Source of the DNA: Candidatus Iainarchaeum sp.
GTDB lineage: Archaea > Iainarchaeota > Iainarchaeia > Iainarchaeales > JAGVWC01
Length of the DNA stretch: 64,000 nt
Assembly (NCBI GenBank): GCA_018304465.1
Contig: JAGVWC010000010.1
Span: 192,001 to 256,000 of the forward strand
Reading direction: 5' to 3'
The stretch's first letter is position 1, and every line of letters begins with the position of its first letter. Positions 1-9,233 of the stretch are shown in pieces. The notes below the pieces were generated by a model that was not told the origin of the DNA, did no database searches, and saw only the letters and a list, made by a program, of their open reading frames with translations. The position numbers were made by a program, and so were the translations under genes.

Positions 1-81
1 GGAGTCCTAAACGCGATCTGCAAAACCGGTTGCACCGGCGAACACAACCAGCGACTGGAACAATGTCAGGCAAACCGATAA
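1..81 (+). CDS. 3' end of an upstream Cys-containing protein (partial)
   Basis: Frame 1 is open from the window edge: GVLNAICKTGCTGEHNQRLEQCQANR, then TAA at 79-81. Confidence 0.35.
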   Translation, partial: GVLNAICKTGCTGEHNQRLEQCQANR

Positions 82-145
82 TGGATTGTTGGGATTGGCC
101 GCAATACGGGTCAACCCATTTTGTTTATCATGAGGTGATAAGATT

Positions 146-631
146 ATGCAAGAAATTAGAGCAATAACGCGGGAAAAAGATGCGGGAATCAAGGCAAATG
201 ACTTGAAGGGAACAAAAGTTCGTGCGGCCAACGGAAAGGAAATCGGCCACGTCATAGGTGTCCGGTTAGATGTCAATACCTTTAATCTGGATGGAATTGA
301 AGTGGACCGCGGTTTTTTTGGAAAAGACACGTTCATCGGGCGAAAATACATCACGTCTCTTTCCAAAGAAGGAGCTGTTTTGAACATGAGCCCCGTATCC
401 GACTACAAGGGCCTCAAAGTCTTTGACTCGTCAGGAAAAGAAATCGGAACCGTGAAAGAAGTCAGGACCAACGAACAAACCAACGACATTTCCGCCATCG
501 TGGTTGGAACCGGTTTTCTCAAAAACGACGCGGTTTTTTCCAAGTCAGACGTTGAAGAAGTGGGCGAAAGCATCATGCTAAACGTTCTGGTGGATGCCAA
601 TGCCGTCAAAGTAGGCGGACGCGCAGAATAA
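146..631 (+). CDS. Tandem PRC-barrel domain protein
   Basis: Two repeats of the PRC pattern (LKGTKVRAANGKEIGHV; YKGLKVFDSSGKEIGTVKEV). GAGGTGA SD-like motif upstream. Confidence 0.85.
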   Translation: MQEIRAITREKDAGIKANDLKGTKVRAANGKEIGHVIGVRLDVNTFNLDGIEVDRGFFGKDTFIGRKYITSLSKEGAVLNMSPVSDYKGLKVFDSSGKEIGTVKEVRTNEQTNDISAIVVGTGFLKNDAVFSKSDVEEVGESIMLNVLVDANAVKVGGRAE

Positions 632-645
632 ACGCAATGCAACCG

Positions 646-676
646 CCCTGACAGGGCTTTACACCCCTTGTCAGGG
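646..676. terminator. Imperfect inverted repeat between convergent genes
   Basis: CCCTGACAGGG...CCCTTGTCAGGG hairpin just downstream of the PRC gene. Confidence 0.35.
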
Positions 677-762
677 GAATGTTGAATTAAAACCGCGCTA
701 ATATCGCTACAAACGGCGATAACAACATCTTCGCAGCTAAAAAATATTTTCCAAAATCAGAT

Positions 763-942
763 CTATTTGTTTTTCGGTTTAAAGTATTCTTTTTTCGGCA
801 ACTTTTCAGGTTCGATGCGTGCCTTGAAAAACTTCACCATCAGTTTAATCGCTTCTTCTTTTGTTCGAAGGTCATGAGCCAGCTTGTAAATTTCGACAAT
901 CGTATCCTCTTCATGAGACAAGTCAATCTGAATTTTTACCAT
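763..942 (-). CDS. Small DUF2683-like/antitoxin-like protein (59 aa, below ORF-track cutoff)
   Basis: Manual translation MVKIQIDLSHEEDTIVEIYKLAHDLRTKEEAIKLMVKFFK...; RHH-like pattern typical of DUF2683. Confidence 0.65.
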   Translation of the reverse strand: MVKIQIDLSHEEDTIVEIYKLAHDLRTKEEAIKLMVKFFKARIEPEKLPKKEYFKPKNK

Positions 943-1129
943 ATATTACCACAATATACAATGTACTTGCATCACTGCTTAAACAGATGTTTTACAGTCC
1001 AACTAAAAGTTCAATCACCGAAACGTAATTAAAAGAGACGGTGCACTATCCGGAAAACGAAAAAAGGCGACCAACCTCAACCCGTAACGAATCCACCACC
1101 GCAGCCAAATAGAGATTAGATTTATTAAA

Positions 1130-1618
1130 ATGCGTGCCCTAATTCTTTCAATGAAAAATATTCCAAGTGCTCGGTCTGTGATCGAGTTTCGTTTCATCGC
1201 CCAAGTCCCACCAACACTTGTCGACAAATTTATGAAAGACACCTACGCACCACTCAAATACCACACCCTAATCAAGAACTCGGACAGAGTTTTGGGCGCT
1301 TTTCACAACGAGCAAATGATCGGATTTATTAGCGCAAATGGACACCAAGTCACCGCATTGTACGTCGAACCGCAATATCGCAGGTTAAAAATCGGGTCAC
1401 GGTTAATCCGAAGATTAGGAACAACCTTGAGGAAAAACGGCTTTGATGGGTTTCATCTCGCTGAAATGACCGGCTATGCGCAAGTGACCGTAAAAAAAGA
1501 AAGTGAGCGATTAGCAATGAGAAAAAAAATGGGAACAGGAAAAGAAATCAGAATTTATCCCTCGGGCATCGGGTTTCGAGGAGACATTCGCTTTCCGCGA
1601 AAAACCCCCCGAAAATAG
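1130..1618 (+). CDS. GNAT family N-acetyltransferase
   Basis: Motif A: LYVEPQYRRLKIGSRLI; MIGFI strand. Basic C-terminus PRKTPRK. Confidence 0.75.
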   Translation: MRALILSMKNIPSARSVIEFRFIAQVPPTLVDKFMKDTYAPLKYHTLIKNSDRVLGAFHNEQMIGFISANGHQVTALYVEPQYRRLKIGSRLIRRLGTTLRKNGFDGFHLAEMTGYAQVTVKKESERLAMRKKMGTGKEIRIYPSGIGFRGDIRFPRKTPRK

Positions 1619-1755
1619 CCTGGGTGTGAACTGATTAATTGAACGCAAAGGGGGTACTTTGTACCTGAAGTTCAAAACAAACCCCAAAGTTTCGGTTGCT
1701 TTGCTTACTGAATACATTATGCAGAAACTTGCATAAACGGTTTTCAGCATTTCGA

Positions 1756-2613
1756 CTATTTTTTTGCCCTTAAATATTCTTTTGCGATTGCGATTCCGAG
1801 TTGATAAGTGAGCCTGCGCACTAAGGCGCTTTTTTTGTTTGCTTCTTTGGGGCTCATGCGCAGTTCTGCTGGAGGATTATATTTGATTTCACTCGGGTGC
1901 TTTTGTGCGTATCGCTGGGCGTGGCCGAGCGGCATGGCTTTTGTTCCAGAGCGAGTCTTTACCCATCCAAGATTAGCGGATTGGATTATATCGGGGCGAT
2001 CAAGGTTGGAGTAATATTTTGTATAAAATAAGCGATTGTTCGTATTCGCAAAATGTGCCATGCTGTAAAGTACCATGGGGGACATAGGCCAGCTATGCAA
2101 CTCCCCTGTTTCCGGGTCTCGCCAAGGTAGGCTTACAGCCCCGTCTTCTTCAGGTTTGATGCTTTGAATTACTTTACGTTCATCTGCAACTGCAAACGCT
2201 TTCTTAATCCGTTTAAGTGTTTTCAGCCTATCGAACATATCCACTATTCGAACATGATGACTTTCAGGTGTAAGCGCTTTCGAAACGTGACGAACGAGCG
2301 TTGGAAATTCTTCATTGGTTCCTCCTTGAAAGGGAGTTACGAGAAATGTCACTCTGGCTTCGGGGGCAACCACGTGTAAGATTCCTTTAATTAATTCGCC
2401 TGAAGAGGCGGCCGTTGTGAGCGGAAAAAAGAAATGGTATCCGCTTCCATCCGAACTTCTTACCATCTTTTTGACACGTTCAACGGATTGCAATCCTCTT
2501 TTCATGTCTTCGGGTCGAGGAGCATAATCTGGACGAAAAAGGTGCTTGCGGTTCCGTTCAAAGAAGTCCGCATAGTTTTTTGGTTCCCTACGAAAACGCT
2601 TGCCTCGCGCCAT
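1756..2613 (-). CDS. Hypothetical basic protein, possibly degenerate phosphoribosyltransferase-like
   Basis: 285 aa ORF with Arg-rich N-terminus. VRIVDMFDRLKTL weakly resembles a PRPP loop. Confidence 0.6.
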   Translation of the reverse strand: MARGKRFRREPKNYADFFERNRKHLFRPDYAPRPEDMKRGLQSVERVKKMVRSSDGSGYHFFFPLTTAASSGELIKGILHVVAPEARVTFLVTPFQGGTNEEFPTLVRHVSKALTPESHHVRIVDMFDRLKTLKRIKKAFAVADERKVIQSIKPEEDGAVSLPWRDPETGELHSWPMSPMVLYSMAHFANTNNRLFYTKYYSNLDRPDIIQSANLGWVKTRSGTKAMPLGHAQRYAQKHPSEIKYNPPAELRMSPKEANKKSALVRRLTYQLGIAIAKEYLRAKK

Positions 2614-2817
2614 GAAATACTATCTAAATTTTAGCTATATAAAGCCATTGTTCAAGAAACTTCGGGTTTTTGATTATCCAAATGACTCCCCTCCCAGGGG
2701 GTTGTTTAACCACGGCAGATTGTTATTGGCGGCGATTGATTGTTAGATCAATTGGTAATTACACCAATTTAGCCCTACAAAAATCGCACACACCAAAAAT
2801 TGTGGGAATAATTCGTT

Positions 2818-3228
2818 TCAAAGCAAATTAGTGATTTCATCCAGAAAATTTTTCGGCGTCACAATCCGAATCCTGTTGTATTCACCGATTTTGAGCAGGT
2901 GCTTGTCACCAGTGACAATAAAATCGGCATGTGCTTCGAGAGCGGCTTCGATGATCTTGTTGTCCGCCGGATCGTCTTTCACGATTTCCAGACGACGCCC
3001 GGGATTGACTACTTCGTGAAAAGAGAGAACTTTGCTTACCTTTGCTTCGATCTCGGATTTTGTTTGCTTGAAATCACGATCCAGAATAAACGAATACTCA
3101 TCCATTATTTCCGGAGAAGTAAAGCACCGGATTTTTTGTTCAATGGCAAGCAAAGTAATGTGATTGGAAGCACCGGGCCAGAACGTAGCCGAAATTAACA
3201 CGTTCGTATCAAGAACAACTGCCATCAT
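2818..3228 (-). CDS. PIN-domain (VapC-like) toxin
   Basis: VVLDTNVLIS...DDPADNKIIEAA...ADFIVTGDKHLL. Start overlaps the antitoxin stop (ATGA). Confidence 0.92.
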   Translation of the reverse strand: MMAVVLDTNVLISATFWPGASNHITLLAIEQKIRCFTSPEIMDEYSFILDRDFKQTKSEIEAKVSKVLSFHEVVNPGRRLEIVKDDPADNKIIEAALEAHADFIVTGDKHLLKIGEYNRIRIVTPKNFLDEITNLL

Positions 3229-3503
3229 TCTTTTATTCCTCGGCCCTTGTGAATCATCCGAACGACATCTTTTTGCTTGATTCCCAATTTCTTGACTTGC
3301 TTGTTTCCTTCGGTCACGGTTTTTTTCCAATCTGCCAAAATCTCTTCCCGCGAAGGCGCTTTCACTCGCTTTAGCAACAACGTATCGCCGGTCCGAACCA
3401 CGGCAAAGGTTTCTCCTTCCTGCAAGTTCATTTCATCCCGCAAATCCTGCGGAATAACTACCTGGCCACGAGAACTCATCTTGGTCAATTCAACATCCGC
3501 CAT
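3225..3503 (-). CDS. AbrB/MazE/SpoVT-family antitoxin
   Basis: TKMSSRGQVVIPQDLRDEMNLQEGE; GGAGGTGA SD upstream. Start trimmed to exclude the tRNA. Confidence 0.9.
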   Translation of the reverse strand: MADVELTKMSSRGQVVIPQDLRDEMNLQEGETFAVVRTGDTLLLKRVKAPSREEILADWKKTVTEGNKQVKKLGIKQKDVVRMIHKGRGIKE

Positions 3504-3573
3504 TTCATTCACCTCCAATAAACTACCGTCACAAACACTTAATAAAATTATCTTATTGTAAGAAAGTAAGATT

Positions 3574-3658
3574 CGCAGAGGGGGAGATTTGAACTCCCGT
3601 GGGGTTTCCCCCAAGAGGTTAGCAACCTCTCGCCGTAACCAGGCTGGGCCACCTCTGC
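3574..3658 (-). tRNA. tRNA-Ser(GCT)
   Basis: GCAGAGG acceptor stem, AGAGG-TTGCTAA-CCTCT anticodon arm, long variable arm, GTTCAAATC T-loop, G discriminator. Confidence 0.95.
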
Positions 3659-3762
3659 AGCAAACAAAATTCAATCAGAAAATGCCATATAAATCAGCAT
3701 TGCCAAGGTTAAAAAAACCATTCGGATAATTCAACAGAAAAAAGACTATTCGGACGCTGTTT

Positions 3763-4265
3763 CTACGACCTCAACCCATTTCGACACCGTTCAAGCGTCA
3801 GAACACGCACCAGCAACACACGTTCTAAAGTACGAAAAAGACGCTTCCAAGCAAATCGGAAGTTTTCACTGCAAGTAAACAGAACCGATCGTTCAACGAA
3901 ATCACCCGGCGTCAATTCGCCAATCGCGTTTGGAGCACTTGGATCCGAAATACCGTCCGGACACGTAATCACGGGAACCGTTTTATCCGAAGGTTCCTCG
4001 CCAGCGGGAACAATACAACCCGGCCACCAGCCCTTGCCAATAAGCTGGATTCCCATGCAACGATTGTAAAAAATCGAAGCGTTGGAATCATTGAACGCCT
4101 TCATTTCAATCGTTCAACGACAGTATAAACGGATTTGGTGGTTTCGATTCGAACGTCATCGAAAGGCACCACCGGCGCGAGAGAAGAATCCGAAACACAA
4201 CCCGCCAACACAAAAACGAGAACCAATAATCCAATCCCCTTTGAATCCCTGCACAACAAAAGCAA
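3763..4265 (-). pseudogene. Frameshifted lipoprotein gene
   Basis: N-part has lipobox LVLVFVLAGC and runs ...TTKSVYTVVE. It continues in another frame as IEMKAFNDSNASIFYNRC... One extra base near 4110 restores a single ORF. Confidence 0.55.
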
Positions 4266-4353
4266 ACACGCTATAATAAACTATTCTAAAACAGATCACC
4301 GGCAATCACGGGCGCCTGCAAAGCAACTTATATTCAGTGAATATGGTCTTAGC

Positions 4354-4662
4354 ATGTGGAAGGAAAAGCAAAAATTTGTAGATTATGTCCGTGAACGACG
4401 ACGCCGATATAAACGCCAACTCCTTGAATTAAAAGGAGGAAAATGTGAAAAATGTGGTTATTCAAACTGCGAAGCAGCTTTAGAATTCCACCATATCGAT
4501 GAAAAAGAAGACCGTATTTCAAGATTATATAACCGTGGATGGAAACGATTGGTTGGCGAGATTGACAAAACGATTTTGTTATGCGCGAATTGTCATCGAG
4601 AACAACATGCAAAAGAACAGGATATTGGTAAAAAAGCAGTTTATCCAATTGAAACGCAATAG
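4354..4662 (+). CDS. HNH endonuclease (free-standing)
   Basis: CEKCGY..CEAALEFHH...LLCANCHREQH: zinc-binding HNH motif. Confidence 0.88.
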   Translation: MWKEKQKFVDYVRERRRRYKRQLLELKGGKCEKCGYSNCEAALEFHHIDEKEDRISRLYNRGWKRLVGEIDKTILLCANCHREQHAKEQDIGKKAVYPIETQ

Positions 4663-4730
4663 ATTCAAGATGATGTTTAAATACCTTATCTTGCCCAAAT
4701 TTAGAAACAGCAAACCAAATTTTCACATTA

Positions 4731-4860
4731 GCCCGAGTAGCTCAGACAGAATTCGGTTCTGAAATTGGTTCCGAGTCTGGGGCCACAGGTAGAGTGATCG
4801 GCTGTTACGACAATTGTCGTAGATACCGATTGGTCGAAGGTTCAAGTCCTTCCTCGGGCG
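4731..4860 (+). tRNA. tRNA-Asn(GTT) with two introns (4746-4785 in D-loop 15/16; 4808-4824 at 37/38)
   Basis: Removing both segments yields a standard cloverleaf: GCCCGAG/CTCGGGC acceptor, GCTC-AGCAGGTA-GAGT D arm, ATCGG-CTGTTAA-CCGAT anticodon arm. BHB-like junctions at both introns. Confidence 0.88.
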
Positions 4861-4921
4861 TTTCTTCTTTTTTTGGCCACCGATACTATTTATTAGCCCC
4901 AAAAGCCTTTGTTGTGTCCAT

Positions 4922-5551
4922 ATGCGATCCAAAAGCGTTTTCATTGTTTTCGAAGGAATCGACGGCACGGGAAAAACCGAAGCCCTTTCCAAACTGATTC
5001 CCCACCTGGTGACCCGCCATAAGGAGTTTTCCAGTATTGTGCTCACCAAAGAACCCACTTGTGGAAGCACTGGAAACAAAATCCGAAAACTGCATCGCGC
5101 CGACATCAAAGACCCTGAATTGTTTTTTCGCTTGTTTTGCCTGGACCGATCCGAACACATCGAACGCACCATCAAACCCGCACTCAAAACGAATTCCCTG
5201 ATTATTTCGGACCGATACGCCTATTCGACGCTTGCATACCAATCGGTCCAAGGAATCCCCAAAAAAACGCTGCAACACTATTCCTTTCTCAAACCCAATT
5301 TGGTAATCTTGTTTGACGCGCCCGCCAAAACCGTCATGAAACGCATTTACCGACGAAAAAAAGCTCCGGAAGTATTCGAACACACCCGGTTTCTTGAAAA
5401 CGCACGTCAAGAATTCTTAAAAATCGCGAAAAAAACAAAAAAACCCCGTTTTGTCGTGATTGACGCCAGCAAAAACCGAAAAACCGTGGCGTTATCGGTT
5501 CAAAAAGCTGTTGAAAAATTCCTTTTTGATTCCTCAAGAAACCGATTTTAA
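4922..5551 (+). CDS. tmk: Thymidylate kinase
   Basis: FIVFEGIDGTGKT, TKEP, ISDRYAYSTLAYQ. Confidence 0.95.
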   Translation: MRSKSVFIVFEGIDGTGKTEALSKLIPHLVTRHKEFSSIVLTKEPTCGSTGNKIRKLHRADIKDPELFFRLFCLDRSEHIERTIKPALKTNSLIISDRYAYSTLAYQSVQGIPKKTLQHYSFLKPNLVILFDAPAKTVMKRIYRRKKAPEVFEHTRFLENARQEFLKIAKKTKKPRFVVIDASKNRKTVALSVQKAVEKFLFDSSRNRF

Positions 5552-5679
5552 TTGTTCGATCTTTTTTCTTACAGGAGACTGCTTTCGATTGCGATGGGAA
5601 ACGTTGGCCACCCAAAAAACACCCAAATAAAAATAAAAAGCCCTTGGAACATGGGTAGTGCAATCCCGATTGTGATTTT

Positions 5680-7239
5680 GTGAAAAAAATAATTCTGATA
5701 GTATTGGACGGATGGGGCATCGCGCCTGACGGACCCGGAAACTGCATTTCGCAAGCCCACATTCCGTTTTACAATTCCTTACTTGAAAAATACCCTCATT
5801 GCCAGTTGCACGCCCACGGAAACGCCGTGGGACTACGCGAAGACGCCATGGGAACCAGCGAAGTCGGACACCTGCACATGGGCGCGGGACGAATCGTCTG
5901 GCAACCCATCGCTCAAATCGACCGTGACATCAAAAACGGAGAATTCTTCAAGAACAAAAAACTTGTGTCCGCCATGGAAACCGTTCGAAAACGAAAAACC
6001 CGATTGCACTTTATGGGTATCTGTTCGGACGGCGGCGTCCACTCCTCCATCGAACACTTGGACGCGCTCCTAAAACTCGCCAAACAACAAAAAGTCCCCA
6101 AAGTATACATTCATTTTTTCAGCGACGGACGCGACGTACCTGAAAAAAGCGCGCTCACATACGTGAAACAAGTGGAAAAACAGATTCAAAAAAACGGAAT
6201 CGGAAAAATCGCAAGCGTCATTGGCCGGTATTACGCCGGAGACCGCGACAACAACTGGGACCGAACCCAAAAAGCATTCGATTGCCTCGTGAACGGAAAA
6301 GGATTCACCGCAAAAAACGCGTCCGACGCGGTACAACAAGCGTATGCACGCGGCGACTTGACGGATTACTATATCCAACCCACAATCATATCTGAAAAAA
6401 ACAAACCCCTCGCCACGATTTCGGATGGCGACGTCGCGATTTTTTTTAACATTCGCACCGACCGGATTCGACAACTCATCAAAAGCATCGTATTACCCAA
6501 TTTTAAGGGATTCAAACGCCCCAAAACCCCCAAAGTCGATTTTTATTCTTTCGTTCAAACCGAAACCGCGATTCCCGCTAACAAATGCGTTCCAATATTC
6601 AACCCCATCCGCATCAAAAACAACCTCGGAAACCAAATTGCCCGACAAGGCTACAAACAATTACGCGTCGCGGAAACCGACAAATACGCGCACGTCACCT
6701 ATTTTTTCAATTCGCAAGTAGACGAACCCAATCCAGGCGAAGACCGCATCATGGTGCCAAGCCCCAAAGTCCCGGTATACGACCAAAAACCCGAAATGTC
6801 CGCCCGAGAAATCACTGAAAAAGTCACGGAACAAATCAAAACCGGAAAATACGATTTTATCCTGATGAACTACGCCAACGCCGATCTTGTGGGACACTCC
6901 GCCAATATCCCCGCGATTATCATCGGTGTGCAAACCATCGACCAATGCTTACAACACGTCATCGAAAACGCGCTTGCCAAAAACTATTCGATCATGGTCA
7001 CCGCAGACCACGGAAACGCCGAAGAAAAACTTTCTCCGACCGGAGAACGCATTGCCAGCCACTCATGCAACCCCGTTCCGTTCATTTTGGTGTCCAACGA
7101 ACCCGAACTCCAAAAAACGTTTCTTCGCTCCAACGGACAACTCATTGACATCGCGCCCACCATCTTGGAACTGATGAACCTTTCCATTCCAAAAGAAATG
7201 ACCGGAAAAAGCCTGATTCTAAAAAACCAGAAAAAGTGA
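5680..7239 (+). CDS. gpmI: 2,3-bisphosphoglycerate-independent phosphoglycerate mutase
   Basis: LIVLDGWG, MGTSEVGH, SDGGVHS, AETDKYAHVTYFFN, NADLVGH, TADHGNAE. Confidence 0.96.
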   Translation: MKKIILIVLDGWGIAPDGPGNCISQAHIPFYNSLLEKYPHCQLHAHGNAVGLREDAMGTSEVGHLHMGAGRIVWQPIAQIDRDIKNGEFFKNKKLVSAMETVRKRKTRLHFMGICSDGGVHSSIEHLDALLKLAKQQKVPKVYIHFFSDGRDVPEKSALTYVKQVEKQIQKNGIGKIASVIGRYYAGDRDNNWDRTQKAFDCLVNGKGFTAKNASDAVQQAYARGDLTDYYIQPTIISEKNKPLATISDGDVAIFFNIRTDRIRQLIKSIVLPNFKGFKRPKTPKVDFYSFVQTETAIPANKCVPIFNPIRIKNNLGNQIARQGYKQLRVAETDKYAHVTYFFNSQVDEPNPGEDRIMVPSPKVPVYDQKPEMSAREITEKVTEQIKTGKYDFILMNYANADLVGHSANIPAIIIGVQTIDQCLQHVIENALAKNYSIMVTADHGNAEEKLSPTGERIASHSCNPVPFILVSNEPELQKTFLRSNGQLIDIAPTILELMNLSIPKEMTGKSLILKNQKK

Positions 7240-7287
7240 CGCCTAACCATTAAATAATCCTTTTTCCTAAAAAAGCCAAAGGGTAAA

Positions 7288-8337
7288 ATGAAACCACGGG
7301 TAAAAAAAGAAGCGGTTGCCTACGCAAAACGAATCGAAGAAAAATACGGAGTCACCACCAGCGTCATCGCCCAAACCAACCAAGGCCTTCCGTGGGTCAC
7401 CTCGGGTGACGGAATCACGATTTTTGTCATCGAACCCCGAAAAGACAATTTTAAAATCCTCAAACAACTCGCCGCTGATCTGGAAGTATCCTCCTTTGGC
7501 CAGCCGCGCCATTTGGTTCAGGGAATGCATCCCGTCTCCGAAATGGTTGCAATCACCCGCGAAAACCCCAGTCTCCTCCGAAGCGGCCTTGGCGCCGCCG
7601 GTTTTTTAGTCCCGTTCCTAACCCACACCGAAATATTCGGAAAGTACCAGGACGAATTCCGCCGCGCGTTCCAGACCGCCTTCGGACCCGCGCTTGTAAA
7701 CGAACTCCGCGAACGCAAAGAACGGTTAAAAAAATTCCAACAACAAAGGCTTCAACGCGTCAGAATGGCGAGGACGGCCGAACAAAAACAACTGCTGGAC
7801 CAATTTGAAGCACTCGCCCAACGCGTCCACGCCGAACAACCAACCGTATTAATCGCCCTGGACCGGTCCGGTCGACCCGTCGGAACAACGGTTCAACAAA
7901 TACTCAAAGAAGCCTACGGAGAACGCATTCCCCTGTTTTTCATCAATCCCGAAATGCTTCGGAATACAACGCTTCCAAAACAAACGCTTCGAAAACTTCT
8001 CGAAACCCAGCACCCGCACCTATGCCGACACCTTCCAGACGCCACAGTGATGATTCTCGACGATCAAATCGCCACCGGGAAAGCGGCAGGAGCCGTCGGA
8101 GAACTGCTCAACCAATTCCACCCCAAAAAAGTAAAAACAGAGGTCTTATCCGAGTATCCCAAAACCCATCCCCCCAGCTGGTGGTACCAAAAACCGTTTC
8201 TTATTCAAAGCGCGAAAGGTCGCCTGATCTCAAAACGCATCCGGGCAAATCAAAAACTCCGCCGAAAATCCGCGACTATCCGAAAAAAGTTCGGTAAAAT
8301 CGCACGCACCCTCACGATCCGTCTTCGGAAAAAATAA
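7288..8337 (+). CDS. Basic hypothetical protein with C-terminal phosphoribosyltransferase-like domain
   Basis: IALDRSGRP and VMILDDQIATGKA resemble type I PRTase motifs. Lys/Arg-rich termini. Confidence 0.65.
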   Translation: MKPRVKKEAVAYAKRIEEKYGVTTSVIAQTNQGLPWVTSGDGITIFVIEPRKDNFKILKQLAADLEVSSFGQPRHLVQGMHPVSEMVAITRENPSLLRSGLGAAGFLVPFLTHTEIFGKYQDEFRRAFQTAFGPALVNELRERKERLKKFQQQRLQRVRMARTAEQKQLLDQFEALAQRVHAEQPTVLIALDRSGRPVGTTVQQILKEAYGERIPLFFINPEMLRNTTLPKQTLRKLLETQHPHLCRHLPDATVMILDDQIATGKAAGAVGELLNQFHPKKVKTEVLSEYPKTHPPSWWYQKPFLIQSAKGRLISKRIRANQKLRRKSATIRKKFGKIARTLTIRLRKK

Positions 8338-8682
8338 TTACCGTTTTTGCGTCGCGTCTTCGCGCATCAGCCATTTCACGATCAAAAACACCACCAACGC
8401 GATGATTAAAAAATCGATCAAATTTCCCGCGAAGTCGCCGATGAGAAATTTCACGGGCCCGACCTGCAACACCGCCTGGCGCCACTCTCCGTTTGGGACC
8501 AACACACCCACAATCGGCATAACCACGTCGTTTACCAGCGCGGTCACGAGTTTGGTGGAGGCCGCACCGATAATAAACGCGACCGCAAGCCCGATGACCT
8601 GATATTTTTTCAAAAAGTCCAGAAACTCCCCCGAAAACCCTTTTCCGATGTTCGCCGCTGCCTTAATTTTCTCCACCTTCAA
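8338..8682 (-). CDS. mscL: Large-conductance mechanosensitive channel family protein
   Basis: EFLDFL...VIGLAVAFIIGAA.TKLVTALVNDVVMP...GDF...IDFLIIA. Confidence 0.9.
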   Translation of the reverse strand: MKVEKIKAAANIGKGFSGEFLDFLKKYQVIGLAVAFIIGAASTKLVTALVNDVVMPIVGVLVPNGEWRQAVLQVGPVKFLIGDFAGNLIDFLIIALVVFLIVKWLMREDATQKR

Positions 8683-8722
8683 AAAAAAGCCTCCTTGATC
8701 AACCCAAACGCCAAAAAATTTT

Positions 8723-9190
8723 TTAACACACCGCGTGCTTGTTTTTTTCCAAATACCGCTGATGGTATTCTTCCGCTTTCCAGAAATCGCCCGCGGGAAG
8801 GATTTCCGTCACGATGGGTTTTGAAAAACGACCCGACTTGTTCAATGCGGCTTTCGATTCCTTCGCAATTCTTTTTTGTTCCGGCGAAAAATAAAAAATA
8901 ACGGAGCGATACTGATGCCCCACGTCAGGACCTTGGCGGTTCAATTGCGTGGGGTCATGAAGCGCCCAAAACAAATCCAGGATCTTTTGAAACGAAACGC
9001 GTTTCGGATCGAATTCCACCAGCACCGTTTCGGCGTGACCCGTGGATCCGGAACACACGTCTTCATACGACGGGTTTTTTTTCCATCCACCCGCATACCC
9101 CGACGTCGCTTCAATCACGCCGTCCAAATTACGAAATGCGGCTTCTACACCCCAAAAACAACCCGCGCCCACCAACGCTTTTTCGGCCAT
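8723..9190 (-). CDS. msrA: Peptide-methionine (S)-S-oxide reductase
   Basis: GCFWGVE, TGHAE, HDPTQLNRQGPDVGHQYRS, AEEYHQRY. Confidence 0.97.
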   Translation of the reverse strand: MAEKALVGAGCFWGVEAAFRNLDGVIEATSGYAGGWKKNPSYEDVCSGSTGHAETVLVEFDPKRVSFQKILDLFWALHDPTQLNRQGPDVGHQYRSVIFYFSPEQKRIAKESKAALNKSGRFSKPIVTEILPAGDFWKAEEYHQRYLEKNKHAVC

Positions 9191-9233
9191 ACGAACAATA
9201 AGACGGAATATAACTTAATAATATACTGACGGT

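Noticed and set aside
630-3574. Integrated element bounded by a tRNA-Ser att duplication
   Set aside because: Composition is atypical, but no repeated tRNA 3' end or integrase was found within the window.
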